Source of the DNA: a virus
DNA: 64,000 bases
Virus record (IMG/VR): IMGVR_UViG_3300046535_001697
Span: 1-64,000 of that record
Strand: one strand, 5' to 3'
Within the stretch, counting starts at the first letter, position 1; each line of letters begins with the position of its first letter. The translations under genes were made by a program, and so were the position numbers. A model generated the notes under the pieces. It was not told the origin of the DNA. It worked only from the letters and a program-made list of their open reading frames with translations, and searched no databases. Below, in pieces: positions 28,763 to 38,867 of the stretch.

Positions 28763-29388
28763 GTGACCGGCTTCACGGAGAACGCCGCTGCCCGGTAGGG
28801 GCGCAGCATGGCTTTCTGGTCGGGGGTCAGGGAGCCGGCGCCGATGGTCTCGGACGCGAAGGTCCGGGAGTAGTCGTCGATGCTCTCGGAGCGCAGGCCC
28901 TGCGGGTTCGTCATGGTCAGGGCCGCGATCTCCACGACGATGTCGACGATGTCGTCGGGGACGACGGTGTAGCCGTGGCTGTAGGTGATGCGGATGCGGT
29001 CGGCCCAGATGCCCTGGGGGCGGGCCCAGGGCCAGCCCATGAGGCGGGTCTGTGCCCAGAACGCTTCGGCGCGGGTGAGTTTGGAGCCGGTGCGGAGGTA
29101 GTCGCGGCCTTCCAGGCAGGGGAACTCGGTGGAGGTCACGCCGAACAGTTCGACGACGGTGAGCGGGTTGTCGGCGTCGACGACCAGGGGCCGTTGGGGC
29201 ATCAGGAGTTGGCGGCCGCCGCCGGTGATGGTGATGGTGTCCTGGGCGTGGAAGGTGAGTTCCTGCCGGCAGTAGCCGCGGACGCGGGCGGATGCCCGGC
29301 GCAGGGCGCTGGCGGCCTGCGCCGGGTCGAGGGTGCGCTGGAGTGCGGCCTCGAGGTCGGCCTGGTTGGCGAGTGGGGGGAGGGACAT
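28759..29388 (-). CDS. Head-to-tail adaptor
   Basis: ASARVRGY, TYSHGY, NPQGLRSESIDDYS. Confidence 0.8.
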   Translation of the reverse strand: MSLPPLANQADLEAALQRTLDPAQAASALRRASARVRGYCRQELTFHAQDTITITGGGRQLLMPQRPLVVDADNPLTVVELFGVTSTEFPCLEGRDYLRTGSKLTRAEAFWAQTRLMGWPWARPQGIWADRIRITYSHGYTVVPDDIVDIVVEIAALTMTNPQGLRSESIDDYSRTFASETIGAGSLTPDQKAMLRPYRAAAFSVKPVT

Positions 29389-29404
29389 GGTGCTCCTCCC
29401 GTGG

Positions 29405-29869
29405 TCAGTCGGTCTGGGTCTCGGACTCGGTGTCGGTGGGGGTCGCCGGCTCGGTGGCGGGGTCGTTCTCCGCCTGGCCGTCATCGGTCTCGGACTCGGT
29501 GTCGGCGATGGCCGTGAGGCGCTTCACGGCGGTCGAGCGGGGGTTGTCCTTGGCCTGCTCGGCGGCCAGTGCGGCCCGGGCGCGGGCGGGGTCGTCGCCG
29601 ACCCACGTCATGAGGTTGTCGATGGTGCCGTCGACGGGCGGCTCCCCGGCCGGGTCGCCGTCGTCCGGGCCGTTCCCGCCGCCGCTGTCCTCGGTCTGCG
29701 GGACGACCGGGGCGGGCGGTGCGGGCGGCTCGCCGTCGACGATCTCGACGGGCGCCAGGGTGAGCCACAGGTGTGCGGCGATCTCGCCGTCGACCTCGGC
29801 GCCCTGGCGGAGTTCGTGGACCTGGTAGTTGAAGTAGGTGCGGGTGTCTTCGGTGGCGCGGACACGCAT
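29405..29869 (-). CDS. Hypothetical head-associated protein
   Basis: WVGDDPARARAALAAE..PRST; follows capsid. Confidence 0.72.
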   Translation of the reverse strand: MRVRATEDTRTYFNYQVHELRQGAEVDGEIAAHLWLTLAPVEIVDGEPPAPPAPVVPQTEDSGGGNGPDDGDPAGEPPVDGTIDNLMTWVGDDPARARAALAAEQAKDNPRSTAVKRLTAIADTESETDDGQAENDPATEPATPTDTESETQTD

Positions 29870-29931
29870 GGTGGTCCCTCCTTCGGGGCCGGACCCGGGG
29901 CGCGGCCGTGCGGCTGCGCCCCGGGGAGGGG

Positions 29932-31233
29932 TCAGGCGTGCTCGATGACGACGGCGCGCTTGAACAGGGCGGCGTCGCCGGTGCCGACGTCGGTGGGGAC
30001 GCCGTAGTCGCCGATCCAGGACCAGGTCGAGGAGAGGATCTGCTGGAGGCGGTCCTGCGGCGGGCGGACGATCATGGTGATGTCCACGCCGGGGGCGGCG
30101 TTGATGGTGCGGACATCGGGGACGTCCTCGACGCCGGTGCCCGCGAGCAGGGAGCCGGTGGAGTCGAACGGGGCCGCCATGAGGGCGCTGCCGCCGAGGA
30201 CGATCGGCCGGTGCACGGTGAGGGTTCCGGCGGAGCCGCCCAGGATGGTCGGGCACTCGATGTTGCGGACCCAGTCGATGCCGCCGAACCGGCCGATCGA
30301 CAGGTCCCGGAAGATCGGGGAGTCGACGCGGCCCTGCAGGGCCTGCTTGAAGTCCGAGTCGGAGAACAGCTGCGCCTCGGTGTCGGGGTCGATGTGCGCG
30401 ACGTAGTAGCCGTTGATCGTCGGCACGTTCATCTTCCGCAGGCGGGCGACCGCGGCGCGGAAGTTGGCGAAGGTGACGGTGTTGGACCCGGACAGGTCGT
30501 AGGCGGAGTTACCGGTGGCGCGGATGGTGACCGGGGCGTTGGAGGCGAGGACGTAGTCGCCGGCGGTGTCGGCGCGGGCGGTGCCCAGGGTGAGGGTGTT
30601 GGTGCCCGCGTTGACGCCGACGACGGTGTTCGCGACGCCGGCGATGGTGACGTTGAGCGGGGTCGCGCCGGAGACCGGGGTGGGGACGCCGTTGACGAGG
30701 ACGCTCGAGAAGCCGGCGACGGACTGCACGATGATGCTGGTGTCCGAGCCGGCAGTGGTGGTGCACCAGGTGCGGCCGCCGCTGTAGGCGGCGTAGAGCT
30801 TGTTGCGGGAGACCTGGTTGATGGTCTGGCCGGCGTTGATGGCGAGGGTCTCGACGTCGGACAGGAACTTGTTGGCGAGCGCCATCGAGCTGGACAGCAG
30901 GTTGGTGTCCATGGAGTTGCCGTACTGGTCCATGGTCACGGACCACTGCTCGATGCCGTAGGTGGCCGCGGACGGGTCGGAGCCGGTGATGGGGGTGGTG
31001 ACCGGCGCGAGGAGGCCCTTGCGGGTGAAGGTCTTGGTGTCGCCGAGGCCGGCCATCCACGGCTCGGCGTCCGCGATGGCGGGGAAGATGAAGTTCGGGA
31101 CGAGCGCGTCCTTGAAGACGCGGTCGAGGATGCCGTTCTGCAGCATCGCGCGGATCGCTGCGGGGACGGTGCCGCGGACGTCGTGCCGGGCGAGGTCGAA
31201 CCACGGGCGGGCCGCGGTCAGGGTGGGGGTCAT
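29932..31233 (-). CDS. Major capsid protein
   Basis: 433 aa after scaffold; AVARLR, YYVAHIDP, GRFGGIDW. Confidence 0.88.
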   Translation of the reverse strand: MTPTLTAARPWFDLARHDVRGTVPAAIRAMLQNGILDRVFKDALVPNFIFPAIADAEPWMAGLGDTKTFTRKGLLAPVTTPITGSDPSAATYGIEQWSVTMDQYGNSMDTNLLSSSMALANKFLSDVETLAINAGQTINQVSRNKLYAAYSGGRTWCTTTAGSDTSIIVQSVAGFSSVLVNGVPTPVSGATPLNVTIAGVANTVVGVNAGTNTLTLGTARADTAGDYVLASNAPVTIRATGNSAYDLSGSNTVTFANFRAAVARLRKMNVPTINGYYVAHIDPDTEAQLFSDSDFKQALQGRVDSPIFRDLSIGRFGGIDWVRNIECPTILGGSAGTLTVHRPIVLGGSALMAAPFDSTGSLLAGTGVEDVPDVRTINAAPGVDITMIVRPPQDRLQQILSSTWSWIGDYGVPTDVGTGDAALFKRAVVIEHA

Positions 31234-31235
31234 GC

Positions 31236-31424
31236 TCACTCCTCGGTGATGGTGACGGACACGAGGTCCGGGTGTTGCCGGGCGATCTGTTCGAGGCCCA
31301 GCAGTGCGGTTTGGGTGACGGCGGATACGGCCGCGCAGACGCGGCCTCCGGCGGCGTGCTCCTCATGGCCGACCACCTCGATGGAGGTGCGCCCGTCGCC
31401 CAGGCGGGCGCGGATGTGGATCAC
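31236..31424 (-). CDS. prp: Prp-like (DUF464) cysteine protease, short form
   Basis: IEVVGH...VCAAVSA His/Cys dyad. Confidence 0.8.
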   Translation of the reverse strand: MIHIRARLGDGRTSIEVVGHEEHAAGGRVCAAVSAVTQTALLGLEQIARQHPDLVSVTITEE

Positions 31425-32191
31425 GACCGGAGCCGGTACCCGTACTTGGCGAGTTCCGCGTCGCGCTCCTCGGGGGAGGCGTTGCGGAAGTCCGTGGCCG
31501 GTGCGGGCGGCCGGGAGCCCTGGCCCGGGTCGGGCTTGGGCCGGCGGGGCCGCTCGGCGGCCGGTGCGGGGTCGGCCGGGGCCGCGGCGGGGGCCTGCGG
31601 TGCGGGCTTCGCCCAGTGCGCCTTGCGGTCCAGGAGGTCGGCGAGGTCGGCCTCGATGGCCTCGGTGTCGATCTCGCCGTCGGAGTCGACGTACTTGGAG
31701 GGGTCGCGCATGAGGACCTCGACGGCGTCCGTCGGGTCGGCGAACCGGTCGATGGACAGGGTCCTCACCTCGGCGGCGACCGCGCGGGCGGTGGCCCTGG
31801 CGGCCTGTTCCGCGGCGCGCTCCGCCTTGGCGGTGGCCTTCTCGAGGTCGGACTTGTCGCGGTCCTCGTACTCGCGGACCTTGGCCTCGGCGGCGAGACG
31901 GGCCTTGCGCTCGTCCGCGGCCGCCCTCTTGGCTGCCTGCTGGGTGGCCTTCATTCGCTCGATGGCCCGCTTGGCCTTGTCGCCGAGCGCCGGGTCGTCG
32001 CCGTCCGGGCTGTCGCCCTCGGGCTCCGGGTCGCCGTCGTCGGCCGGGTCGGGGTCGGCCTGGGGGTCGGGGTCGGCGGCCGGATCCGGGTTGCCCGGGT
32101 CGGCCCCCTCGGGGGTGGGGTCGTCGCCCTCGTCGTGACGGGCGAGGTCGAACCAGTGCGGGGCACGGCTCGTCAGGGTGCGGTCGGACAT
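31421..32191 (-). CDS. Capsid scaffolding protein
   Basis: Acidic N-terminus, coiled coil KSDLEKA, FADPTDA, DPGQG. Confidence 0.85.
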   Translation of the reverse strand: MSDRTLTSRAPHWFDLARHDEGDDPTPEGADPGNPDPAADPDPQADPDPADDGDPEPEGDSPDGDDPALGDKAKRAIERMKATQQAAKRAAADERKARLAAEAKVREYEDRDKSDLEKATAKAERAAEQAARATARAVAAEVRTLSIDRFADPTDAVEVLMRDPSKYVDSDGEIDTEAIEADLADLLDRKAHWAKPAPQAPAAAPADPAPAAERPRRPKPDPGQGSRPPAPATDFRNASPEERDAELAKYGYRLRS

Positions 32192-32240
32192 GGTGGTGTC
32201 TCCCGTTGCAGGAGTCGGGACCGTCGGCGTTGCGCCGGGG

Positions 32241-33230
32241 TCAGATCAGGTAGCCGTAGCGGCGGAGCATCGCGATCAGCTCGTCGCGGTCCCCGGCGCG
32301 GGCGTAGATTTCCTCCGGCAGGAGGCGGTGGGCGCGGAGCTTGAAGCCCTTGCCGGACGGCGGGACCAGGCCGCGCTCGATCGCCCGCTGGCGTTCGAGG
32401 CGGAAGAACCGGCCCCGCTTGGTCGTGGAGTCGTAGGTGGAGCGCAGCCGCTGCCCGTACGAGTCGGCGGTGTACATGCCGCGGCGGGCGTTGACGACCT
32501 GCCCGATGTCGGCGCCGTCCCTGATGGCCTGCGCGCCGGCGGCGGTGAACACGCGGGCCTGTTCGGCCTCGGACAGGCTGTTGAAGTAGGCCCGCGGGTC
32601 CGTCATCGCCCGGCCCGCCTGGTAGCGGGTGACGGGCTGGTGCACGCAGTCGCAGTGCGGGTGGCGCTGGAAGCCGGTGTTGTACCGGTAGAAGGTGCCG
32701 GCCAGCACCACGCAGCGCGCGCAGGACGGCGGGCTGAGGACCCGCACGTAGCCGGTGACCGCCCGGTTGGAGGCGATCCCGGCCCCGGCCGCGGTCCTCC
32801 CCGCGTCCGCGACCTCCGTGGTCGCCGAGCGGAGCAGGGTGGCGAGGGATCCGGTCATGGCGTCCGCCTCCGCCTGGCCGGCCTCCAGGCGCCACTTCGC
32901 ATCGATGACCGGCTCGTACAGCAGGCCGAGCAGGGACCGGCCGTCGGCGGCCTGCCCGGCGAACGCCCCGACCCGGATGGCCCCGGCCGGATCGCTCTGG
33001 GCGCCGTCCGCGGCGATGACCGCCGCCAGGTAGGCGTCGGCCGGTGAGGCGGCGGCCTGCTGCCCTTCAGTGACGGCCTGCACCAGCGCCGGGCCGGCGG
33101 TCAGCCACTCGTGGTCGAGCCTGCGGGCATGCAGGCGCCGCCAGATGGCCTGCACCCGGTCCGCAGTGCGGCGCACGGTGCGCTGCTGCTGCAGGTAGTG
33201 CGCGGTGGCGATCTCCGAGGCGGTGGGCAC
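32241..33230 (-). CDS. MuF-like minor head protein
   Basis: CARC...FQRHPHCDC; after portal. Confidence 0.8.
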   Translation of the reverse strand: MPTASEIATAHYLQQQRTVRRTADRVQAIWRRLHARRLDHEWLTAGPALVQAVTEGQQAAASPADAYLAAVIAADGAQSDPAGAIRVGAFAGQAADGRSLLGLLYEPVIDAKWRLEAGQAEADAMTGSLATLLRSATTEVADAGRTAAGAGIASNRAVTGYVRVLSPPSCARCVVLAGTFYRYNTGFQRHPHCDCVHQPVTRYQAGRAMTDPRAYFNSLSEAEQARVFTAAGAQAIRDGADIGQVVNARRGMYTADSYGQRLRSTYDSTTKRGRFFRLERQRAIERGLVPPSGKGFKLRAHRLLPEEIYARAGDRDELIAMLRRYGYLI

Positions 33231-33233
33231 CGG

Positions 33234-34682
33234 CTACTCCCCCGCAGCCGGAGGCGCCCCGTCCCCGCCGTCCGCAGGCTCGCCGCCGTCCGTGACGGGG
33301 GCGGCGGGTTCGGCCGGCGGTGGCGGCGGCTTGGGCCCGTACACGGCGGCGAGGTCGCCGCCCATGGCCCGGTCGAGGGCGTCCTGCTGCATGTCCCGCA
33401 TCCGGGCCCGCTGCTCGGCGGAGTAGCCGAGGTCCTCCCAGGCCTGCTCGGTCGGCAGCAACCCCGCGGCGTGGAGCTTGACCACCGCATCGGCCTTCTG
33501 CGCGTACGTCGGCGTCGCCGGGTCCCGCCACTGCGTCTCCAGGGACCGGGCCGACGGTGCGACGTCGCCGTCCCGGACCAGCAGCGCCAGCCGCATGACC
33601 CGCTCCCACGGGCCGCCGAACGCCCTCTGCCGGCGCTCCGCACGCTTCACCAGCCGCGTCTCGGACGAGCGGATGGCGTCCGCCGAGACCGGGTTGTCGG
33701 TCGCCAGGCCCAGGAACGCCGGCGGCAGGCCGGTCAGCGACGCCACCAGCCGGGCCAGGGCGTTCAGCGTGTCGTGGAAGTTGGTCAGCTGCGCCTCGGG
33801 GAACTGCCCGTACTTGACGTCCGAGTTCTCCGTGGCCCACAGGCGGCCCGCGAGGGAGGAGAACGCGCCGAGCGGGTTGCCCTGCTCGTCGGTGAAGTCC
33901 TCCCGGGAGACGCCGGTCGCCCAGCGGCGCGGCATCGCGTGGTACTCCGCGGACAGCATCATGTCCGTGGCGATCTTGCAGGCGGCATCCGAGAGCGGGA
34001 TGACGGCCTTCAGCTCGGACGTGCCCAGGGCGCTCTCGAGACGGGGCCGGTTCGCGAGCATCTCGACCGGGACCTGCCCCAGGTCGTGCTGGTCGCCCTC
34101 GTCCGTCTTCTCGGCCCACTTGCCCTTCTCGAGGGCGAACACGTGCCGCGAGTCCGGCAGGTACAGCGTCGCCATCTTCGTCGGCGCTGCGCCCAGGCAG
34201 GGCTCCTCCCAGCGCTTGACCGCGGCGAGGACCTTCCGGGTGCGGGGGTCCCGTTCGGCGTAGACCTGCAGCGCCGACTCCACGGTGATCAGCGGGGTGT
34301 CGTCGTCCTCGTCGTTCGCGCCGACGATGACGTACGCCCGGCCGAGGGCCAGCGCATCCACGTGGCCCTGCTGGGAGCCCTCGTCGAGGTCGTTGGCCTG
34401 CCAGATGGACCACAGGTCGTCCGCGGTGGTCTCCGAGTCCGCGTACCGGAACCCTTCGACGTCCAGGCGTTCCTCGAGGGAGTCGACGACCAGCTGCGGC
34501 CAGTTGATGACGACCTGCCGCATCCGGTCCTGGAGTTCGTTGAGGAGCTCGGGCGCCATGTACGACAGGGGCTGGCTGCCCTCGTAGTAGGAGTTCATGA
34601 GCACGAGGCCCTTCTTCGCCTCGTCGTGGTCGGCGACGAGGCGCTTCAGCCACTGCTCGGGGTCCAGATCGCTCAGCGCCAT
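33234..34682 (-). CDS. Portal protein (SPP1 gp6-like)
   Basis: YYEGSQ, INWPQLVVD, WQANDLD, SADAIR. Confidence 0.92.
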   Translation of the reverse strand: MALSDLDPEQWLKRLVADHDEAKKGLVLMNSYYEGSQPLSYMAPELLNELQDRMRQVVINWPQLVVDSLEERLDVEGFRYADSETTADDLWSIWQANDLDEGSQQGHVDALALGRAYVIVGANDEDDDTPLITVESALQVYAERDPRTRKVLAAVKRWEEPCLGAAPTKMATLYLPDSRHVFALEKGKWAEKTDEGDQHDLGQVPVEMLANRPRLESALGTSELKAVIPLSDAACKIATDMMLSAEYHAMPRRWATGVSREDFTDEQGNPLGAFSSLAGRLWATENSDVKYGQFPEAQLTNFHDTLNALARLVASLTGLPPAFLGLATDNPVSADAIRSSETRLVKRAERRQRAFGGPWERVMRLALLVRDGDVAPSARSLETQWRDPATPTYAQKADAVVKLHAAGLLPTEQAWEDLGYSAEQRARMRDMQQDALDRAMGGDLAAVYGPKPPPPPAEPAAPVTDGGEPADGGDGAPPAAGE

Positions 34683-34695
34683 CGGGCACCCCCTG

Positions 34696-36330
34696 TCATC
34701 GCATCACGGTGGTTCTCCGTGGGGTTTTGGGTCGGGCGAGACCCGCTGCGACGGCGTCGCTGGCGGCCTCGTGGGCAAGGACTGACACGACCGCGAGGTC
34801 GATCTTCTGGTGGGGTGCGGCCTTGCGGAGCACGTACCGGTCGGCCGGCCGGGCCGCCCGGCGGGCGTGCCCGACGTGCGCCGAGGTGTCCTCGCAGCCG
34901 TCGTGGAAGAACGTGCTGTCGGCCTTGGTGACGTCGGTGACCAGGCGTTCGCACGCGGCGTGCATCCGGATGATCTGGTTGGTGTTCCACTTGAAGACCC
35001 GCTTGTCGCCGTACTTCTCCGCCCACGCGTCGACCTCGGTCGGCCAGTACGGCGGGTCGCAGTACATGCGGACGACGTCGTAGCGGCGCATCAGCTCGTC
35101 GAGTGCGGCGTCGACTTCCAGGCGCGGCACCTGGCCGCCCCACTCCTTCGGGTCCCACACGGTCGGCAGGGCCAGGGAGCTGTAGACGGGCGTGAACTGG
35201 TAGCCGTCCAGGGTCTCGGCGCGGATCCCGGTCCAGTCGTCGATGTCCGAGCCGTCGAAGCCGAGGACCACGGAGGTGCCGTCGGGCACGTCCCGGTGGG
35301 TCTCCCGCGCGTCCCAGTGGTCGCGGTTGATCCAGGTCCCAGTGCCGGCGACGACCCGGTTGCCGAAGAACCGCTCGGCCTCCGCGGGCTCCTTCTCGAG
35401 GAGCTCGGCGGCCTCGCCCTCGATGGCGTCGAGGTCGATGTGCGTGGACCCGGCGTAGACGTGACTGTGGATCTTCCGCCGTTCGGCCTTGTTGGCGTAC
35501 GACAGGCCCTTGGGCGGGGGCCGGTGGTACCGGTAGACGTCGGTCTGCTTGGTCTCGGAGGTCTTCTGCGCGACCGAGTTCTCCGACGGGTCCCAGCAGT
35601 TCGTGGTCTCCAGCGAGCGGCCGCTCATGCCCGCCAGGCCGCGGCGCTGGGTCGTGGCGACCTTCGTCATCTTGTTGCCGTCGGTCCAGATACCCGTCTC
35701 GTCCTGGATCGCGAACGTGATCGGGTTTCCCAGGCGGGACTGCGCCGACGACGTGACGACGTCGATCCGGCCGTCGTTCGGCAGCCGGATGAACTGCTCG
35801 CCGACCTTCATCAGGTCACCGAGCGGGCCGTTGCGGATCATCGCCTGCAACGGCCGGTAGACGTTGTCGGTCTGGTCCTCGCTGGTCGCGGTGATCTGCA
35901 GCAGCGGAGTCGACCACGGCCGGCCCATCGGCTCGCCCGGCTCGTACTCGTACATCCAGCCGCAGCCGCAGCCATGCGCCCGGCAGTCGTACACCTCGCC
36001 GCCCGCGGCCCAGCCGGCGAACAGCACCGGCCCGACCGCTTCCGCCGCCGTGATCCCCGCGGTCCAGGGGCCCTTGCCCGACTTCTGAGGCGCGACGACC
36101 TGGCCGCGCCGGTAGTGAAACGCCGTCGACAGCTGGCCCACCTTGGCCGTCGGCCGCACCCGGTAGAAGTTGGCGGTGGCCCGCAGCTGCCAGTCGTACA
36201 TCTCGAACGACTGCGGGCCCCGGGTCAGGCCTCCGACGGACTCCAGGCGGCAGTGCCTGGCGATCCAGTCGGGGACGACGAACAGCGTCGGGAAGTCCAG
36301 CGGCCAGGTGCCGTCGTCAGCTGCCGCCAC
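34696..36330 (-). CDS. terL: Terminase large subunit
   Basis: PQKSGKG Walker A, IQDE Walker B, LGFDGS, KIDLAV. Confidence 0.93.
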   Translation of the reverse strand: MAAADDGTWPLDFPTLFVVPDWIARHCRLESVGGLTRGPQSFEMYDWQLRATANFYRVRPTAKVGQLSTAFHYRRGQVVAPQKSGKGPWTAGITAAEAVGPVLFAGWAAGGEVYDCRAHGCGCGWMYEYEPGEPMGRPWSTPLLQITATSEDQTDNVYRPLQAMIRNGPLGDLMKVGEQFIRLPNDGRIDVVTSSAQSRLGNPITFAIQDETGIWTDGNKMTKVATTQRRGLAGMSGRSLETTNCWDPSENSVAQKTSETKQTDVYRYHRPPPKGLSYANKAERRKIHSHVYAGSTHIDLDAIEGEAAELLEKEPAEAERFFGNRVVAGTGTWINRDHWDARETHRDVPDGTSVVLGFDGSDIDDWTGIRAETLDGYQFTPVYSSLALPTVWDPKEWGGQVPRLEVDAALDELMRRYDVVRMYCDPPYWPTEVDAWAEKYGDKRVFKWNTNQIIRMHAACERLVTDVTKADSTFFHDGCEDTSAHVGHARRAARPADRYVLRKAAPHQKIDLAVVSVLAHEAASDAVAAGLARPKTPRRTTVMR

Positions 36331-36784
36331 CGTTGATCGCCTTCAGGCGGGCACGCGCCGAGCCAGGCACGACGGGGCCGGCCGCCGCCGTGACGGGCCG
36401 GGCGTCCTCCTCCGCCCGGTCGATGCGCCAGCGGTTCGCCCGCATGCCCGGGGTGGACAGGCCCAGGCTGTCGCCCATCTGCTTGACCACGGTGGTCAGC
36501 GTCACCGCCGACTCGAGCTGCTCCGCCTCGGACAGCCGCCGCACGTACAGGGCGACTTCGTACTCCTGGCCGTACCGCTCCCACATCAGGGCCTGCGGCT
36601 TGGCCCACAACCGCTCCCACAGCTGCGACTCCCGGAGCGTCTCGTCCGTCAGGGGCCAGTCGGGCGTTGCGCCCTGGCGGCCCTCGGCGGGCAGGATCGT
36701 CCAATCGCCGGCGTCCTTCTCGCGTCGGAACGCGGTGGGGTCGGGGGCCGGTCCGGATCGTGCGCGTGCTCCGCCCTTCGCCAT
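36317..36784 (-). CDS. terS: Terminase small subunit
   Basis: GGARARSGP, WAKPQA..W, LGLST; precedes terL. Confidence 0.85.
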   Translation of the reverse strand: MAKGGARARSGPAPDPTAFRREKDAGDWTILPAEGRQGATPDWPLTDETLRESQLWERLWAKPQALMWERYGQEYEVALYVRRLSEAEQLESAVTLTTVVKQMGDSLGLSTPGMRANRWRIDRAEEDARPVTAAAGPVVPGSARARLKAINGGGS

Positions 36785-36939
36785 GTCGGTCTCCTCGCGG
36801 GGTGCGCCGTTGCGGCGCGTGGTGTCCGGCCGGCGTTGCGCGCGGCCGCGGTGCAGGAAGAGCCCAGCGTGTTGGTGCGGGCGCTGCGGTGGTGCGGTCT
36901 CCGGGGCGACTCACGGAGGGTGACGAATCCCGGGCATTT

Positions 36940-37035
36940 CAAGATCACGAAAATCTCTGAACCTGAAAAACCTCCGCCGGACCTCCCCGGCGGTCCCCGG
37001 CCAAATGATCTTTGGGTAACCCCCCTGGGTGATCA
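36940..37035 (-). other. Candidate cos / packaging initiation region
   Basis: Non-coding, AT-enriched, upstream of terS; CGCCGGGGA at 36984-36992 on minus strand. Confidence 0.4.
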
Positions 37036-37216
37036 TGACCCTGAGTGACCAAGGTCGGATGATCAACCAGGCAGGGGGCCGGCCGACCGGCCGGCGGGAG
37101 GCTGCGCAGTGCATGCCCTGTGCCCCTCGGTGCCTGCGCTGCGGCCGCGGTGGCCACGGCGTGGGCTCTGGCCTGCCGCTGCCCGGGCCAGGCCCGCAGA
37201 CGGCCGCCTGGGCGCG

Positions 37217-37567
37217 CTACCGGACCTGCCGGTGCTCTGCCCCGCCGACCTGGCCGGGCTCCCCGGTGACGTGGCGCAGCGGGTAGCCGTGAGCGGCGCG
37301 AGCGCGGTTGATGTTGACCGTCGTGCGCTTGATGGCTACGCAGATGCGTTCGAGCTCGGCAGGGGTGAGCACGAGGGCGGGCGTGGGCCGGCTGTCGGGG
37401 TGGGGCAGGGCGCAGCCGTACGGCTGGTCCGGGTCCACCAGTAGGCGGAGGTTGACGATGCCGCCGGTTGCCACGGTGCCCAGTTCGTCGGCGGTGGTGG
37501 TGTGCTCCTCGGCGATGGCTGTGCTGCCGTCGGGCAGCCGGCGCACACGGGTCAGGTCCTGGGTCAT
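37217..37567 (-). CDS. Hypothetical protein
   Basis: GAGGA RBS, ATGA coupling. Confidence 0.55.
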   Translation of the reverse strand: MTQDLTRVRRLPDGSTAIAEEHTTTADELGTVATGGIVNLRLLVDPDQPYGCALPHPDSRPTPALVLTPAELERICVAIKRTTVNINRARAAHGYPLRHVTGEPGQVGGAEHRQVR

Positions 37568-37911
37568 GCGCTGTCCTCGGGGCTGGCCCAGAGGCGGGGC
37601 TGCGTGGTGGCGTCGAATGCTCGGACGGCGGCATCGCAGCCTGGGCAGTCGTTGTGGGCCTGCTGTACAGCGGGGGTCTTGGCAAGGTTGCGGCGGGTGT
37701 ACGCCGGGTCGATGGCCATGTCCTGGTGGACCGCCTCTGGGTAGGCCAGGCTGTACACCGGGCCGAGGAACTCCCCGGCGAGGGAACGTCGGTGGTTCTC
37801 ATCGCGGATGGACTGGGCGATGTGGTGGCCAGCAGCGGCACGGGTGGCACGGTAGGTGAGGGCGCAGCCGTGCGGCTGCTCTGGGTCTGTCTGCTGGGTG
37901 TGCTTGCTCAT
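37564..37911 (-). CDS. Hypothetical protein
   Basis: Coupled to neighbours. Confidence 0.55.
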   Translation of the reverse strand: MSKHTQQTDPEQPHGCALTYRATRAAAGHHIAQSIRDENHRRSLAGEFLGPVYSLAYPEAVHQDMAIDPAYTRRNLAKTPAVQQAHNDCPGCDAAVRAFDATTQPRLWASPEDSA

Positions 37912-38159
37912 TCGTCGTCACTGCTTCCGACGGATGGTGTGCCGCTCTCGATGACCTCGGCGACGCGGAGCATGCCGACGCGTTCGATCCATCCGAGGCC
38001 GTCGGAGTAGGTCATGCTGAGCCGGGTGTCTCCGTCTTCCTGGAGGATCTTGAGCAGGACGACGGCGCCGGCTACCAGCTCGCCTTCGTCGACTCGGGCG
38101 GTGACGTTGAGCGCGTCGAGGACGTGGCCGATGGTCTGTTCGTCTGTCTGTCCGCTCAC
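37908..38159 (-). CDS. Hypothetical phage protein
   Basis: GGAGG RBS; LVAGAVVLLK...GML. Confidence 0.7.
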   Translation of the reverse strand: MSGQTDEQTIGHVLDALNVTARVDEGELVAGAVVLLKILQEDGDTRLSMTYSDGLGWIERVGMLRVAEVIESGTPSVGSSDDE

Positions 38160-38163
38160 GTGT

Positions 38164-38604
38164 TCATCCTCCGGGCTGGTCCTGTGCGGGGGCTGCAGCC
38201 ACAGCGCGCCAGACTCCGCGGTCGTCCTGGATGAGGAGGCCGCAGCGGGTGCACTGGCCGGTGGACGTCACGAGCCGGGTGTCTGCGTCGTAGGCCGGGT
38301 GGTCCTGGCGGCAGGCGTCTTCCTGTGGCGGGAGGGCCTGTAGGCCTGTCGGCGGGGTCCAGCCGAGGTCGGCCAGGAGGGCTGCGGTCTCGGGGTCCAG
38401 CCGTACGTGGGCCTGGGTGGTGGCGTGGTCCATGTGAATGACGAGGGGGTCGAGGGTGAGCTGTGGGTATTCCCCTGGCTGGATGCTGAGGATGGCGCCG
38501 CGCAGGCTGTGGCTGATGTCGGTGCCGTCGAGGGTGACGGTGTGCACGATCCCGTTGCTGGTGATGGTGACGGTGCGGGTGCCGTCCCCGCCGTGCTTGC
38601 TCAT
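38164..38604 (-). CDS. Hypothetical protein
   Basis: Coupled; C-terminal CTRC. Confidence 0.6.
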   Translation of the reverse strand: MSKHGGDGTRTVTITSNGIVHTVTLDGTDISHSLRGAILSIQPGEYPQLTLDPLVIHMDHATTQAHVRLDPETAALLADLGWTPPTGLQALPPQEDACRQDHPAYDADTRLVTSTGQCTRCGLLIQDDRGVWRAVAAAPAQDQPGG

Positions 38605-38804
38605 GTGGATTCCACTTCGAGCGTGTACTGCTGGCCGACGTCGGCTCCTTCGTTCCAGTGGAGCTGGAGGGAGAAGCCGCGGACGGTGACGTACTGGCCC
38701 GCGTGGCCGGTGATGCTGACGCCGGTGAAGGTGGTGGTCTCGGCGAAGGCGTCGAGTGCGTCGGCGAGGGCGCGGAGGTCGGCTGCGGTGAGTCGCTCGC
38801 TCAT
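38601..38804 (-). CDS. Hypothetical protein
   Basis: Coupled ORF. Confidence 0.55.
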   Translation of the reverse strand: MSERLTAADLRALADALDAFAETTTFTGVSITGHAGQYVTVRGFSLQLHWNEGADVGQQYTLEVEST

Positions 38805-38867
38805 GCCTGGCGGCCGTGCTGGGTGTCGGTCACGTCTGTCTCCGTGTGGTTGAGGGGGGCGGGTGGG

